Positions 22,791 through 37,308 are shown, counted from the first letter of the stretch. The stretch is DNA of 64,000 nt from Pelomyxa schiedti (GCA_020536535.1 JAHLWZ010000346.1:17872-81871), one strand, 5' to 3'. Translations and numbers: made by a program. Notes: a model not told the origin generated them from the sequence alone.

Positions 22791-25700
22791 ATGTCGGGCG
22801 CAAAGGACTCTCATTGGTTTTTCAAACGCACAGAGAAGGACAAGGACAAGTCCAAGGCTGCCACTACAGACGCGGCAGCGCCCCCCACCAGCCCCAGGCG
22901 TGCCCCTTCCCCGGCCGCCACCCCCAGCACCCCCTCCCCGTCCCCCTCCTCCTCCTCCTCTTCCTCTTCGTCCACGCCGCCCCTGGCTCCCCTCAGCACC
23001 GCCGCCGCCGCCGCCGCCACCACCGCGTCGCCCTCCCCCTCGCTGCCGCCGTCGCCCAGCACGGTGGCGCTGCCCCCGGGGGTGGCCGCGGCCATGGCGG
23101 CGGTGATGGCGGCGGCGCCCAAGGTGGTGTCGGCCACGCCGGTGATACCCAGCGGGCTGGAGTCGGCCGCCCTGGCCGTGGCGTCCCTGGCCTCCCTGCC
23201 CGCCGCCGTTGCCGAGACCATCGTCGCGGACGCCGCCGCTGGTGGCGGGGGTCCGGCTTCCCGTACGTTGTGTGTTTGTGTTTGTGTTTGTACTATTGTG
23301 GGATTATGTTGTTTATGTTGGTTGGATTTCCATGAGGGTGAACTTTTTGTTCTTGAATAACTTTGATCAGTTATTGGATCAAGCTTGTCATCTTTCCAGG
23401 CTAGTTTCCAAAGATTTTTCGTAACTGCTAATACAGAGGGGAAATTTTTTTTTTTAGAAGAGCCCAGGAAAACTGGCTGCTGAAAAGATGACCCCATTCC
23501 TTGGTGTTGTGGTTTCAGATGTATGCATTCGTGTCTCATTTTTTCGTCACCTTCAACTGTGTTATTTTTAGAGTGCTAGACCTGTCCAATTCGAATCTAT
23601 ATTGCAGGCCTCTATTCAGTCGAAAACAAAAGAGGTAGATTGGAAACCTATTTTGCCTTCTTTGGTTCATGCCTCTTTTAGATAGCAAGATTAAATGAAA
23701 TTTTGAAGGCTTCAGAACTGCAAGTAGCCAATTTAAAGAGCAAACTAGCAATGTATGAAAGCTTAGTTGAGAGAAACAGTGAGGAGAAACAAAGCCACAC
23801 TCCTGATAAGAATGATAAGCATCATCACAGACACTCGCATCATCATGTATCCAGGCACTTCGGTTACTGCACATTAATTTGGTATAGAGGAAAGTCAGTG
23901 CTCCCGAGCTTGTCACTGCCATCAATAACGTTGCTGCAAAGAAAGGGATTCCTGTGCATCTCAGAGACAATAGCAAGTGGAAAGGAGTAAACAAGCGCTT
24001 CGTTCAATCGGTGGAGGTGAGTAGTTGTCAAATTGTTGTCCGTTGGAAAACTGCTGAATAGGCTCCAAACACTTTTGAATCGCCAGAGGATTACATTTCA
24101 CTTCTTCTTTCTGCTCGTTCATCATCTTCACGTGATATATTTGCTTTCAAACGTGCTGTCATCAGTGCAAAAAAGTCTCACTCTCTCCTGTGTACTTTCT
24201 CTTCTCCAACACTCCTTTTCAGGCAGTGGAAAATGGATTTTATTGAAAAAGGAGGATTGGCAGCTATTGCTCATGCTGCAAACGTTCTTGAAAAAGAAGC
24301 AACAGGGTAATAATAAAGAAGCCGTGGCACGAATCCAATTAACCTCAATCTTTGCACAGGAAATTCAACATGAGAGAAATTGTTTGTCAGTGTTCTCTCG
24401 TTTTGACACTGAAAGCTTTACTTCAATCAGAGGTTTTAAGAGCAATCACCCTCTATTATGCTCCTACTAATCTCCATATGACAGTCGGGCTTAGAGGCAA
24501 TTATTTCCACCTCCGACAGTTCAGCTCTCTTCAAGTTGCTTGTACTAATGCAACACACAAAAAATCTTATTATGAGGATGGAGCTCCTTCAACTGTTTTC
24601 TGCATTGTGTCTGTATTCCTCAGCTGGAAGAAGGTTTGACTATTCTTACAATTCCAATTTATATTAAGGTAAAACAAAAAGGCTTATCATTGAAGGGGTT
24701 ACAACATCTTCAGAAAGACTAAGTTCTCCAGTGGCTTCAAATAGATTTTCCTTTCTGTGCAAGTGGCTTTCTGATGATTTGAATGATTGGAAATCTATTG
24801 TGAGTTGCACTCTTTTCTTCTTTTTTAGATTCTATTTAGTGATAATATGCAGGATGCGGTGCTATTTCTTGTGAATTCCTTGATAAATTCGCCTTCAACT
24901 GTCCACGAGAGAGATGCTATTCGTTCTGAGTTTGTTGGACTGTATTTGCCAGTCACTTTACAGGTTTTCTTCATTAATCGAATTTTAAATTCGTCTCAAC
25001 TGTGGGAAAAAAGATTTTACGAAAAAAGGCTGACCATGATCAGAGCCTTATTACTTTAAGACAGATAGATGCGTTTTTCGAAGAGATGGACAATGACACA
25101 AAAAAACTGGAAGAAGAAAGAAGCAGGCCAGAAGAAAAATATAAACAGTAAATCTTCTATTTATACTTCATAATGTTCAAATTTCCTCAAGAGAAATGCG
25201 GAAAGAAGCAGAACAAGTAATGGTTGCCTTGATAAATTCTCCCAGTGAGAAAGCCACTCAAGTTCTGAAACGAATGGCCATTGTAACACAGAAGCCAGAG
25301 TGTGCCATCCTTTCCCGTGCTTCTTTTTTTGCTTAAATCTTCAAGTTGGTCATGGGAGACGTTTGATATGGCTCTTGTTGCAGTTGGCTCAGGCGAATCA
25401 TCCAAACAGATTCCAAGTAGTGGGAGTAAAACGATCGAGCCTGCACCCTCAAGTGCAACTCCAGCAGCCACAGAGGATGCACCACCACCTATCCCAATGT
25501 TACGAAGACGGCGCCAAGCACCTCCTGAAACAGCTGAGGTATCCCAAACTTCACCAACTCCAGCAGACACCACAACACCCTTACCTTCCAGTACGGAATC
25601 AAAAAGTGGTACCACTGAACCTCCTAATCCACAACAACAACCTTCAGCCCCCCCACCTGAGGCACCACCCGCTCCGAATGCTCCTCCTCCGCCACCGCCT

Positions 25701-28003
25701 CCCGATGCTCCCCCACCTCCTGGGGCCCCACCTCCCCCAGGAGCCCCACCTCCACCTGGTCTGGGCCGAGGACGAGGCAGAGGAAGAGGGGGAGGGAAGC
25801 CCGTCCTCAGAGGTATCCTCCAAAAGAAATTAATTGAATTTCACTGTATTGGTAGAGTACAAAGGACCTGTTCCAACAGTTAAAGTCAAGACCTTTTTCG
25901 TAAGCAAAAGCTCCATCTCCTTCGTGACTTATGATCTCCAAGTGGGAAAAAATTCCAGATATTCCTCAGAAAGCTGAAGCCACAATATGGCTAAAAAAAG
26001 GGCTGGCTGATTCCATGGTATCTTCGCATCTGTGACAAAACAAAACAAAAATAAACAAAAAAGAATGAGATGAACAGGGTTTTTCTGAGATAACGTTTGC
26101 CACAGGTTGAAGTTCCTCACGAAGAACTGGAACAACTGTTTGCATCAGCACCCAAGAAGACAGGGCCTGCCACCAAGGCGGACGAAAAACCAAAACAAGT
26201 TGCCCTTTTGGCTCCAAAGCGGTCACAGGATGTTGCAATTGGGCTCAATAGATTCAAAGTGACCAACTTTGATGATTTATTGAACTCTGTCTATGAATTC
26301 CCGTGTCCTCTTAGCAATGATGACTTTGAGGCTTTATTGGCTGTTCAACCAACTCCTCAGGATGTAAGTTCAAGTTCACATTCTCTTCCTCTCCCTCAAT
26401 TTTCTTTTCCCACAGATTGAAGCTGTCAAGCCATATACAGAAGGCATAGAAATGCTGCCCAAAGCAGAAAGATTTTTCTTGACGGTTTTTTTCTTCCTTC
26501 TGGGGGAACCTAAGCCAGCACTTTCTTATTGTAGAATGCAACGAACAGGTAATGAAATCCAGTCACCTTGTAGAATCGATCAAGTTGCAAATATTTCGCT
26601 CAGAGTTTGAGCATAAAGCCAATTCAGTTTCTAATGTATTTACCAACACTTTTTAACTCTAGTAAAAATAATAAATCCACTTCCACTTGTTTTAAATATT
26701 TTAAAGAAAATACATGCCTTTGAAGATGCGGTTCTACAATTGACTGACAACAATTGCCTCGAATTCATTTTCCGGGTTCTGATCCCTCCTCCATTCGCTT
26801 TGTTTTTCCCTTTGTTGTGCATAACACTGAGGGTTGCAGGTCGTACTGGCTGTGGGTAACTTTTTAAACCACGGAACACCACAAGGCAGTGCTCCAGGAT
26901 TCAAGTTGGACACCCTCTTGAAGGTAACTTTGTTTTCTGGGGGAGAATACTAGTAATGCCCACCTTAGCTCTCAGACCTTCGTTCTACATCTCAAACCAA
27001 GATATCTCTTCTTCATTTCGTGATCAGAATTGTGGAAGAGAAGCATCCCGATCTTTTGAAGCTGAGAGATAGTTTGAGTTCCCTGGAATTGGCAGTTAAA
27101 AGTGGGTAACCGTATCTTGCAACAAAATTTGGCTAATGATGGCTCCAAATACACAACAACTTCCAGTAAAATACGGAGAGGTTGTGACAGATGTTGCCAA
27201 ATTGATCGGCGAAGTCCGCATATCCAAGAGAATGTTGGAGAGCCACACAAAACCCAATTTTGTCACAGCAATGATGGTACATTCATTTTCTACCAATTAT
27301 ATCCTTCATTCTCAAGTTGATAAAATGACATCATTCACTCAACAAACAGCCTTTCATTGAGTCAGCTGAGGTGGAATCCGCCCGGATTGACGCCTTCATG
27401 AAATCTACAACAGGAAAGTACACGGAGCTTCTCACCAGCTACGGGGAAGAAAACAACAGCAAACCTGAGCATTTTGATGCCTTTTTACTTGTTGTGAACA
27501 ATTTCACAACTCTGTGGACCGTGTGTTCCTCCAAACTTTTTAAAAAAAAATCTAAAAATACACACAGAAAACCCATGATCAAATTCTCCTGGATAGGATG
27601 ATCGCCCTCAAAAAGAAAGAAAAAGAATCCGCGGTTTGTGTCCGCTCTAAAAACCTAGACTTCATTCACAACCCGACGCCACACCCATAATAGCATTCTG
27701 TATAACATTCAATTACAACCACTTCCACAGGCACTTGAGAAAGCAGCAACCAAAGGCCGGACCTCAGGCAAAAGCACAACAGCGAAAACATCACTGGGCA
27801 AGGAATCACACTGCATGGTGGACACACTCATGGACAACATCAAATCGGGCAACTTCAGGCTCGCACACATTGAGGCCCCAGCGGAGAGACCAAGGCCCAT
27901 GGTTCAAGGAAACAAAATAAAGAGAGTTCCACAGCCTGGAATCGACGAGGTGCTCGATGACACAACTCCCCATCAAACAGTCACCCCCAATCCCAACAGC
28001 TGA
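22791..28003 (+). CDS. Formin (GBD/FH3-like, FH1 polyproline, FH2, DAD-like tail)
   Basis: FH1 PPPPPPPDAPPPPGAPPPPGAPPPPG (~25650-25760). FH2 motifs WEKIP, LEQLFAS, LLAPKRSQDVAIGLNRFK, GNFLNHGT..G.A.GFKLDTL.KL. DAD-like MVDTLMDNIKSGNF before the stop at 28003. Confidence 0.85.
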
Positions 28004-28939
28004 ACAAGTAAAAAACAAATTCCAGCAACAGAGAATAAAAAAAAAAAGGATCCAACAGGTGGCAAAGAAATTGGTTGAGATGGAGACCGGGAATTGGGGC
28101 CTGCAACCAAGACAAATTGGCCAAGAAACAAGGAGGAACTACGACAGGGAGTGCGTGGCTGCGCTGTGGGGCCTGTGCGCCGGCGGCGGCCTGTAGCTGG
28201 ACCAGGAGCTCGTCGAAGGCGTGTATGCTGGGCACGGTGGCTGTGGTGGTGGTGGTGGTGAGGGACGGGGTCGTTGCGTCCCTCACATCCCATGCTAGTC
28301 GCAATTACAATTACAATTTCGAATACAATGGCACATCCACTTCCAACACTAGCCTCCAATCTCACAAGCACCACGGCTTCTTCAACTTCCACTTCCACTT
28401 GGTCAGCTCACCCAAGTAACACCAACCCATGGCAGTTGTCAAACCCACAACTTATCCGAGATAGTACTGTGGGGAACAGCCACTGTTCCCAAAAAGCTGT
28501 TGAAACCGATTCCGCTGGGAGAGGGGCAGGATACCAGTAGGAGTGCCAAGACTGAGGAGAGCAAAGAAGGAAGTGTGCATAGAGACAGGAGTGCAGATAG
28601 AGGAACAAGTACGAGCAAGAGCCACTGAAGCACCGCCAAGGTCACTGAGTCCACTCTCACAGCCCCACTTCATCCCGTTCTACCTCCGCTTCCGGATCCC
28701 CTCCTGAAGATAGGGTCATAGAAACAGGGGCTGACTTTTGTCTACACTTAACAGCTCCATACACAAACTCCAAGACTACAACTTGTACTTCTATTCAAAG
28801 TTCTTCAAAACCTTGACACCCAGCTTGTACCAACGTGAAAAAAAATGCAAAACCCAAGCTTCACAAAAAGTTTCTTTTTTTTTTTCACTTCGGGGGATTG
28901 GCATTCAGCTTGTTATGCTTTGGCTACTGTGACTCTGAG

Positions 28940-29531
28940 ACCAATGTCGGCCTTGACAAGGTTGAGTAATAGGCATGCTCCCAGACAGTCACTCATGTCA
29001 TGATGGGGCAGCCAGCTCCTACAATGGCGGTTAAGAATACATAAAAGTAGTATGGGAGTTGGTATACCTTTCTTAAGAGGGTTACCGGCACGAGACAATT
29101 TCCGGCTTGCCGGCATCATTGAGCAACAACCAGACCCAGACACCACTTCCAAAGTGTCGGAGTGCCGACCGAGCGGTCTCAGATAACTTTCTCTTGAACT
29201 CGGCGGAGGAGCCAAAGTCTCGGTCAGTAAGTGCCGCAAAGGGGGGGGGGCGGGTCGCTTGCGGTTGCCAGTGGGTGGGGCCATTGACAACCAGAACATG
29301 TTGTGGTTACGAAAGTGAATGGGACGGTATACCTGAGCGTCATTGTTGAGGCTCGGTGTCCCGACTGCGTAATTCGCAAGGGTCATAGACGCCTCGGGCT
29401 TGTCGCGAGTCAGGTCATTCAACTTTGTGGCATAGCCCTAACTAACAAAGTGAGTGAGACTACCGAGGACTTCAAGGGAAAGAAAAATAACCTTGTGCCA
29501 ATAAGGGAAGATCTACCACAGTGAAAGGCAT
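28940..29531 (-). pseudogene. sod: Fe/Mn superoxide dismutase pseudogene
   Basis: Fragments in several frames: MPFTVVDLP (ATG 29531), HK|GYATKLN, LNNDAQV..NHNMFWLSMAP, DFGSSAEFKRKLSETA...HFGSG.WVWLLLNDAGKPEIVS, AGNPLKKG, VWEHAYY (~28966-28987). Interrupted by deletions, frameshifts and TGA/TAA stops. Confidence 0.8.
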
Positions 29532-31989
29532 TGTTGCTCGTATAGGGAATGACTGTTGATGAGAAGATATTGCTGTCGCTTTGTGTTGTATTGGCTTTTT
29601 ATTTTGCTTTGTGTGGGGAATGGATTTTTAATAAGCATAGAGCAGCAGCTTTAATACCCAAAATTCTCCCCTCCTGTATTAGTTAGTGTTCTACAGGCAC
29701 ACCTTTGTATCCGAGGAGCTTTTTTGGTGGAAATGAATTTTTTTGTGCAAAGGACAAAATTCAAAATCTCCTGGGTCAATGGCACACAATGATGGCCACT
29801 CAAAAGAGTTCTGTTCGCCTGTGAGACTACATAGTATGAAAATTGCCAAAAGAATGGGCATAATACCGAGACGATTTCTGGTGTTGTTTTTTTGCGGTGG
29901 TAGTGGTAGGTACTCCCAGAATTCCAGTCCCCTCAGTTGATGATGGCGTGGTGTGCTTTTTCCAAGTTGGGATTTTATCCTGTTGTTCTGTGTGATGTTT
30001 TTCTGATTAGTTCGTTCAATCATCAAAAAAAACGGTTTCGGTTGGATGCACCGACACAGCGGATGTGCTCAAGGTCACCAACACAACTGCCAACAAAGTG
30101 ACCATAAAAGAATGAGACGCGCAAGAGAGATTTCCATTACCATGGAGAATTCCAACAGAATGGAAAAATGCCCACAAACACAGCCCCACGCACGGTACTG
30201 GCATATTTTCTCCACTCACGTGACTCAACTCCGTCGCCCGCAATACATGTCATGTTGAAATGTCAATTCCCCAAGACACGCGATCCCATAGCCACAACTG
30301 TGACGAGTGCCGAAACAAATCCCCACTTCGGAAGCTGCAGCCTCATCGTCAACTCAAACACGGCGGCTCTCCACGCGCAACAATGTCCAACAACCACAAC
30401 CAGCCAATGGCGTAATCAGGGCACGTTGGCAACCACCACGAACGATCCCACGTGTGACTGCGCGTCGCAACAGCGCCAGCAACAACCGCACCGCACAACC
30501 CCACGTCGCATCATCACCACCACGTTCATCACAACCACGTCCAGCCAGATCCATTTTTGTCTCATTTTATATGTCCCTCCGGAGTTGCCAAAAAATGGAT
30601 TCGCTGAGTTAGCTATGTCTCTGCCGGAGTTGCAAATATTTCCCGCACAGGTAAAAGACAAAAAAACGCCGCTAAATCATAAAACACAAAAAAACCAAAA
30701 CAACCAACATCGCCAACGACTACTACCGCGACCAGAGACTAACGCGTACGACGACTGCTACTAGACTAAAACTAAACCAACCGTAACAACGTGTTTTTTT
30801 TCCCTGTTTGCGTTTTTCTTTCTCGCCGTAACTAAATTAAAAGTATTGCAATTTTTTGTCATACAACTCACAAAAAGAAAATGAATACCTCAAAAAACGC
30901 AAATTAATACCAAGTGGATTCACACAATTATTAAAACTTAGCAGAACGGTAAATACACCACTCCTATTTACATATCCAAGTACTAGGAATCTACTTCTTT
31001 GGCATACAGAGTGGCTCTCTCTACTAATGAAGAAGGTAACGAGTACACTTGCACTTGTAGCACCATCACTAACCGGTTTTCTACTGCAGGGGAACCCACG
31101 GGATCCAGCCACCACTGACAACAACCAACCCCACCAAGGTTTTTGGGGTGGTTTGTTGCCAGTTGTTTTCTGTGGCTGATGAGAAAAGAACCACCTCATC
31201 GACTTCAAAATTTTCGCGGAATTATCGAATCAAATCGACTGGCTACTCACCAGGATCGTCAAAGCTGCAGACCATAACCAACAACCCTAGCTGTAAACAA
31301 CAACCACAGAGTGCCTTTACATATGTTTTTTCTTTTGTGTGTTTTTTTGTGATAGTAGATTGTTGGTGTTGGGGTATGTGGAGAGGAAGAGCAAATAGCC
31401 GGGATGGCGGGTGCCGGGACGCCGTGGCTGTGAGGTACCAGCACCGATTGTGGGAGGCGTGGACCCGGGATTCGAACGACGACTTCTTCAATCCCTGTGT
31501 TATGGGTGCCTCTTGCTTGTTTGCCCCACTGATGGAATCGAACGGGTGCTAATGTTGTTCTTCTGTTGCTTCACTGCTGCTGCTTATGTCTCACAAGAAC
31601 TGTCACATTTTTGAGGATGAAAGATTTTTTGCCAAGGGCCTGCAGCATTCCTCAACAATCTACTAGAAGTGGTTCTTGCAAAACAATAGAGATAGAGTTG
31701 TTCGGGTAATTCCAGGTTTGTATGATGCTTGAAATCAATCCCTCATTACTGTTGCATCCATCATCTGGGGCAGGTTTATGAACGCTGATGCTTGCTATGC
31801 AGGGTGGAATAATTCAGCTGGAATAAGCGGTAGTAATGTATTTACTCAGGGGTGCAGATGGCTGGTGGAACGATCGGTTCCGCTTCAGGAACTGGAATAT
31901 TAGTATGCGGTTCAATATGCATCTGTGCTCGGTGCAATATTCGTACTCGTAGTAGTGTTTTCTGCTGTAGTCTGGGATGGAAGGAATGT

Positions 31990-34900
31990 CAGATTGCAGT
32001 GCAGGTGCTTTCTGGCTTACGTTGTCTTTGGGAATGATCCTTGCGTTCCCACACATCCCATTGAGCTTCTGAAGATCGAGCATTACCTTGAAACTTGACT
32101 TTGAATTCTTCTCCATGCCGCGGGTTACTCTGTGCATCAATATTTGTTCTTGCTTGTACACAGTCTCGACGTTGTCCTTCTATATAACTTCAATCTAGCA
32201 ACGTGGACAGTTTCTTCCATCCGGGAAGGTCCAAAATCAGTACACGGAGTTAACTGAGTTGGGCCTTTGATGAATTCGGTATGGTCCATTCCACTTGAGT
32301 AGACCAGCTCTTTCAGTTGATTTGGTGATGCTTTCAGCATGACCTTGGTAACACCAACATCCATACATAGCCTTTGGCTAGTTTTGTGACTCTTCTTTTC
32401 ATTGCCAGATGTTGACGTTCTTTCTCATGTGCTTGCTTTTTCTCACGAACTCCTTGTCTCTGCTGCAACAACAATTGTGTCAGGTAGTTTATTATCTTCT
32501 GTGAAGTTAGCTCCTGTCTCAAAATCAATAGGTAAATTAGCTTCGCGACCATGATCCACAAAGAATGGTGTTTCATTGGTCAGTTTCCAAGGTTCGGGAA
32601 CACATAATTTCAAACAAACTCTTAGTGGCTTTCTTATTCTTAGCAGGCTTCTCGAGATGACGATTTCTCATCTTGGGTTGTATGTATACCAGCGCTTCAA
32701 GTTCAGCTTGCTTTTTTTTATAGCGTGTACACCTCTAGACTCTCCCCTTTACAAGCCCGCCATACATCTTGCCGTAATGAGCATCTTCTTGTCGAGCTTG
32801 TGAGAAGTCCGGGTAGCTGATCAGTGTCTAACACCACACAGCAAATGTGCCCCATGTAGTGGGTGTGTAACTCTTCCCTGATCGTTTTCTTCAGGAACTT
32901 CCTTATGATTCACTCAGTTAAACCATCTGAAATACTTAGCGTCTACTGACAAACAACAATAGGTGCAATCTCGCCATTGGCTTTAAAAAAAAAAGTCAAG
33001 GTAGCCACCAGTACATTATCATCAGAGGCATCAGTCTCTAAAATTGGAATTCACGAGACCAATCCGGATAATAATGGGATACTGGTGCCGTCGCCAATGC
33101 GGTCTTCAGTAATTCCAAAAAAAACTCATTCTGCCCCAATGGAAGGAAGATAGCACCCTTTTTCTTCAAATCCTCCAAGGGAGCAGACAGCTTTGCGAAG
33201 TCTTTGTGACAAAACTGTCTGTAGTATCCCACCAATCCTAGAAAACTTCTAATCTCCGCGGTATTAGTTGGAGTTTGAATGCCATTTACAGCAATCACTT
33301 TTCCTGGATCAGGTGCTCTTAGTCCGCTCTGTCCAACAATATATGTCCAAGGTACTTAAGCTCTTGTCTTGTGCGAACTGACATTTGGATTTGTAGCACT
33401 CGCTTCCTCAATGGCAAGTGAGCACCTTGTCCACCCATCCAAGGTGTTCTTCAAAGGTACCTTTCGGGAATATCACAACATCATCTATGTACACCATACA
33501 GTGAAGCGGCATTAGTCTGGCTAGAACGACGACATTCATCAAGCGGAAAGGTAGCTGGAGCATTGGTCAACCCAAAGGGCATGACCCTAAAACTCATACA
33601 GTACAGCCCAGAGCGTGTACGAAACGCGGACCCCTAGCTCTTCTTGCTTCAGCCGTCAGGTCAACTTGCCAGTATCCAAATTTGAGATCCAACCCCGTGA
33701 ACAGGTTGGAACCCACCCCCCACCCCTGCCCCCAGATTGTCCAGCATCCTATGCGAGGCAGGGTATAGACAACCTTCGTGGGGACCTCGTTCAGGGCTCT
33801 ATAATCAACACAGAATCTTCTCATGCTGTGCCATCCGGTTTGCGTGCTAGGACAACCAGAGCTGGCCCAAGGACTAGTGGAAGTTGTTGGATAACTCCTT
33901 GTTGGGAAAGCATTTTGGTAGTAACTTCCTTTTCAATCAACTCCTGTTGAGCAGGTGCCTTATGATACATAGGTAAAGCAATTGGAACTGCGGTGCCTGT
34001 CTCCTCAATAGGAATACTGTAGTATGTATGTCCAGTGACAACACCATCACTACATGCGTGAAGGTGTTTCATCAACAATGCTTTGTTTGATTAGCCTTGG
34101 CTGGGATTCCTCAAGTGGTTCCATATTCAAGCCACGTATCCAATCCCGTTTCTTGTACATACCTCCAGGTATAACAAACAACACTCCTTGACATTCCTCT
34201 CCTTTAACCTCCTGCCTAGAGAGATGTAGGGTTTGTAACCAGTATGGGGTATTCTTCCCCATCTCATCCACCTTAGCCACCACACCACTGCTGCGCAGAG
34301 AGTCTCTTGGCTCGAGGGTTCCAGCTCCACCACCAGAACTTCATCACCAACACTGAACTTGCCAGAGCGGATCTTTTGTATAGTGTATGACCTTGCTGAG
34401 ATTTCCCCTTCTTTTCAAAGAGATACTTGCCATCTGAGCTCCCCATGAACTCAGATTACAATGTATAGCCAGGATGATGTATGCCATACATCTTCATCAG
34501 ACTTCTCTCCTTGCAATCAATACGAGCTCCTTGCTCAGCGCTGAGCCAGTCAATTCCCAGAATAACACCGGAACTGTCAGGCCTCGCACAATGTAGCTGC
34601 GCAGCATCCGCTCATGTCCCTGAATCCAGATAGGAAAGGTGCATAATATGCACCCAATCTGCTCAATCTTAGTGCTATCACCCGCAGCCCTTCTCGCTGG
34701 CACTGTCTTCACTTTGAAAGCAGTACGGGAATATTCTTCATCAATGAGCGAGACTCATCGGCTCCTGTATCAACTTTTGGCCATTACCTCCACCCCCAGT
34801 AGGCAAGCAAGGTTATAGCCATGTCCAGAGCCACATTTCTTCGTCACAGAACTGCTACCACACTAGGCTTCATAGTGTAGTGTCGTTTGATCTTGTTCCA

Positions 34901-36707
34901 TCTTCTGAATAAAAAAGAGAACTTCTTGCAAAACAAATAGTGCGGTTGATTCTTCCAGTATCTCCTCTGCTTCAATTTATCAGGCTCAGGTGCTGTAGGC
35001 TTATTAGTAGTAGTAGTTGCCACTATCTACAGTTATAACTTGCTTTGGACAATTACGAACTAGATGACCCAGCCCTTGACACTTGAAGCATCTTTTTTCT
35101 CGGAATGATGGATGATGCGTCTTTCTTCTGTGATGTGGACTTGGTTGTGGTGTCGGCTGAGGCGTAGCCTTCAGCCTCTCAAGGGTTGTAGCAAGCTCCA
35201 GTGCATCGTACACATATCTATCCTTGACAGCTATAGTCCTTCTCAAGTGTGGCGCGCAAACCATGACTGAATACATGCATTCAGCTGAAATACTTCCCTG
35301 GCTTCACTCAAGTCAGGAATCATTGCCGCCTTCATCCACACTCACCTTGCTGACCAGAACTGTCCACAATAGTCTCCGTCGGTTCTTGGGGTGCAAATCC
35401 ATGGAGCTTACTTACTTACCTCAAAGTCGTCTACACTTGGAAGGAACACCACCAAATCGTTTGAAGAAACAAACATGTTCTCAATTGCTCCACCATTCGT
35501 GATGTTCAGAATCTCACAGTGGTCAAGAAGGAAAACTGGAGTACTATAAACACCATTGCCACCATTCGCCTTGGAGAGTGTCTGTTCCTCGCTCTCCACC
35601 ATCAAACTTTCGTAGCCTCCAGAACTTATATTCTGCGAAGGGTAAGGCATAGGACATGGGAAAACTGGGCACAAGTGGAAAAATGGATAGACAGGGGAGC
35701 TGTTGCGACGCTGTTGGCACATGGCCATGGGATCAACATTGGTGCGCCATTGTCCACATTGCGTGATTGGCCACATTTTGAGCCTTCACGTTACGACTGT
35801 GACCCACATTTTGATTGTCCGCCGCATTGTCACCGTTCACAACCAGCAGGGGACCACTGGCGTGGCCGTATCACAAATGTTTCGTTCGTTCGCTCAGATC
35901 TCGCGTTGCGTTTCGTTCGTAGGCGTGCGTGATTCCGATGTTCGTGATGGTATGTTCGTAGAACCACCACGTTCCGTGTACGCTTACGCTGATCGGCTCG
36001 TACGAGTTCGTATCTACGTGAGAGACGAGTAGCTGCCGCGCTCCGGTTTGTTTATTCGCTTGTGTGCAGATGTTGCCGTGGCCAATTTTTTTCGAAGTGC
36101 CGTGGGCGCCGCGTCACGCGAGTCGTTATCGCCGTCATTTCTCTCGATCATTAATAAAAAAAAGGTCTTTGGAACGGCCAATTTTCTGCCGTTTTGGTTT
36201 GATTATTTTGTCTTGTCGTTGCTGCGGGGACGGACAGTACACGGATGGGGCAGTGGGGTGGAAGTAGCAAACACAAACTCCGTCCGTCCATTATTATGGG
36301 ACAATCACTGCCGGCACGCGGGGGCGGCGAGTGTGCGAGTCGTTCTGCCGAGTGAATGACATGACACTCAACGTACAGCACCAAGAACGCGTGTGGTGGA
36401 CTGTAGTGTGAAGGCGCCGCGCGTGGCGTTTTTCAGGCTGAGTGGGCACCTATGTCACGGACGAGTGTGATGACGTCGTCATCTATTCTTCTCGTGGGCG
36501 GGCGTTCAGAACATCCCCCACTTTTATCATCTCCTCTCATTCGTGACTGAAGGACACTCCAGCCTGCCTGCCTGCCTCACTTTCTGAATGAATGAATGAA
36601 GGAAGGAAAGGAATATTGGAACTATTGGAATCCTTCTTTAATCGTACCCCACTGCAGTGGTGCAGTCACACAGACAACAACTACGCGAGAGCTTCAAAGC
36701 AGTAACA
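31990..36707 (-). mobile_element. Decayed Ty3/gypsy LTR retrotransposon with chromodomain remnant
   Basis: Order on the minus strand: gag knuckle CFKCQGLGHLVRNC (~35050-35095), protease VDTGA (~34765), RT RFCVDYRALN / LDLKFGYWQV / YIDD (~33480-33820), IRSFLGLVGYYRQF, RNase H TDAS (~33030), integrase remnants ending VHVARLKLY (~32190), then chromodomain-like residues. Many frameshifts. Confidence 0.85.
36453..36707 (-). repeat. Candidate 5' LTR of the decayed gypsy element
   Basis: Bounded by TGTCAC...GTAACA (near-perfect terminal inverted repeat). Followed on the minus strand by T(A)GGTGCCCAC, a possible degenerate PBS. No matching 3' LTR recognised in the window. Confidence 0.35.
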
Positions 36708-37308
36708 ATCTTTAGTTATCAGTTTTTCTTTGGTGCCACTCCCGCAAGTGAGATGGAATTCTTAAGAAGCACCCAATCATACGGGAGTGCACCGGGACCC
36801 TGCCACATATCTCTGGAATCACAGTGAGGACACTGGCATCAAAGAAGCTAAGCAACCTGGCCTCTCCAAATAACAAGAGTCGCCTCATCCTGCCCCCTTG
36901 CCAAACAAAAAGGTAAGAGAAGCTCTCGTACGAATTCCCACAACTAAAAAAACAAACAGTGGATCTCTTTACCGCCGACTCCAACTCCAACTCCGACTCC
37001 GAATTCCGTACTTTGCCAACAAAAAAACCCTCACATGACACAGCAAGTTCTGTTCTCCACGAATTGGAAACACCCAGACGAGTCCGCCCCGTTTCCTCAT
37101 CCAAAAAGGTAAGAAGTTCTCGTACACAACTAATTCATTACCCCAACAACAAGGAGTCAGTTGTGGACTTCTGCCAACGAGCTCTGCTGCGCCCCTGATT
37201 GAACAATATACCCTCCACCAAGCACCCCTCATCGACGAGTTTCCTTCCAATTCTGTTGACCATTAATTGTTCGGGTCCGTTGATTACTTTTTTTTTTGTA
37301 GTCGATCA

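Noticed and set aside
28075-28700. Overlapping short ORFs after the formin
   Set aside because: Low complexity; no consistent gene model or family could be supported.
31455-31485. tRNA T-arm-like GTTCGAATCCCGG on the minus strand
   Set aside because: The T-stem does not pair, and no D-arm or acceptor stem can be built.
29600-31950. Scattered ORF fragments and exon-like pieces between the SOD pseudogene and the gypsy element
   Set aside because: No diagnostic motifs; probably decayed gene or TE debris.
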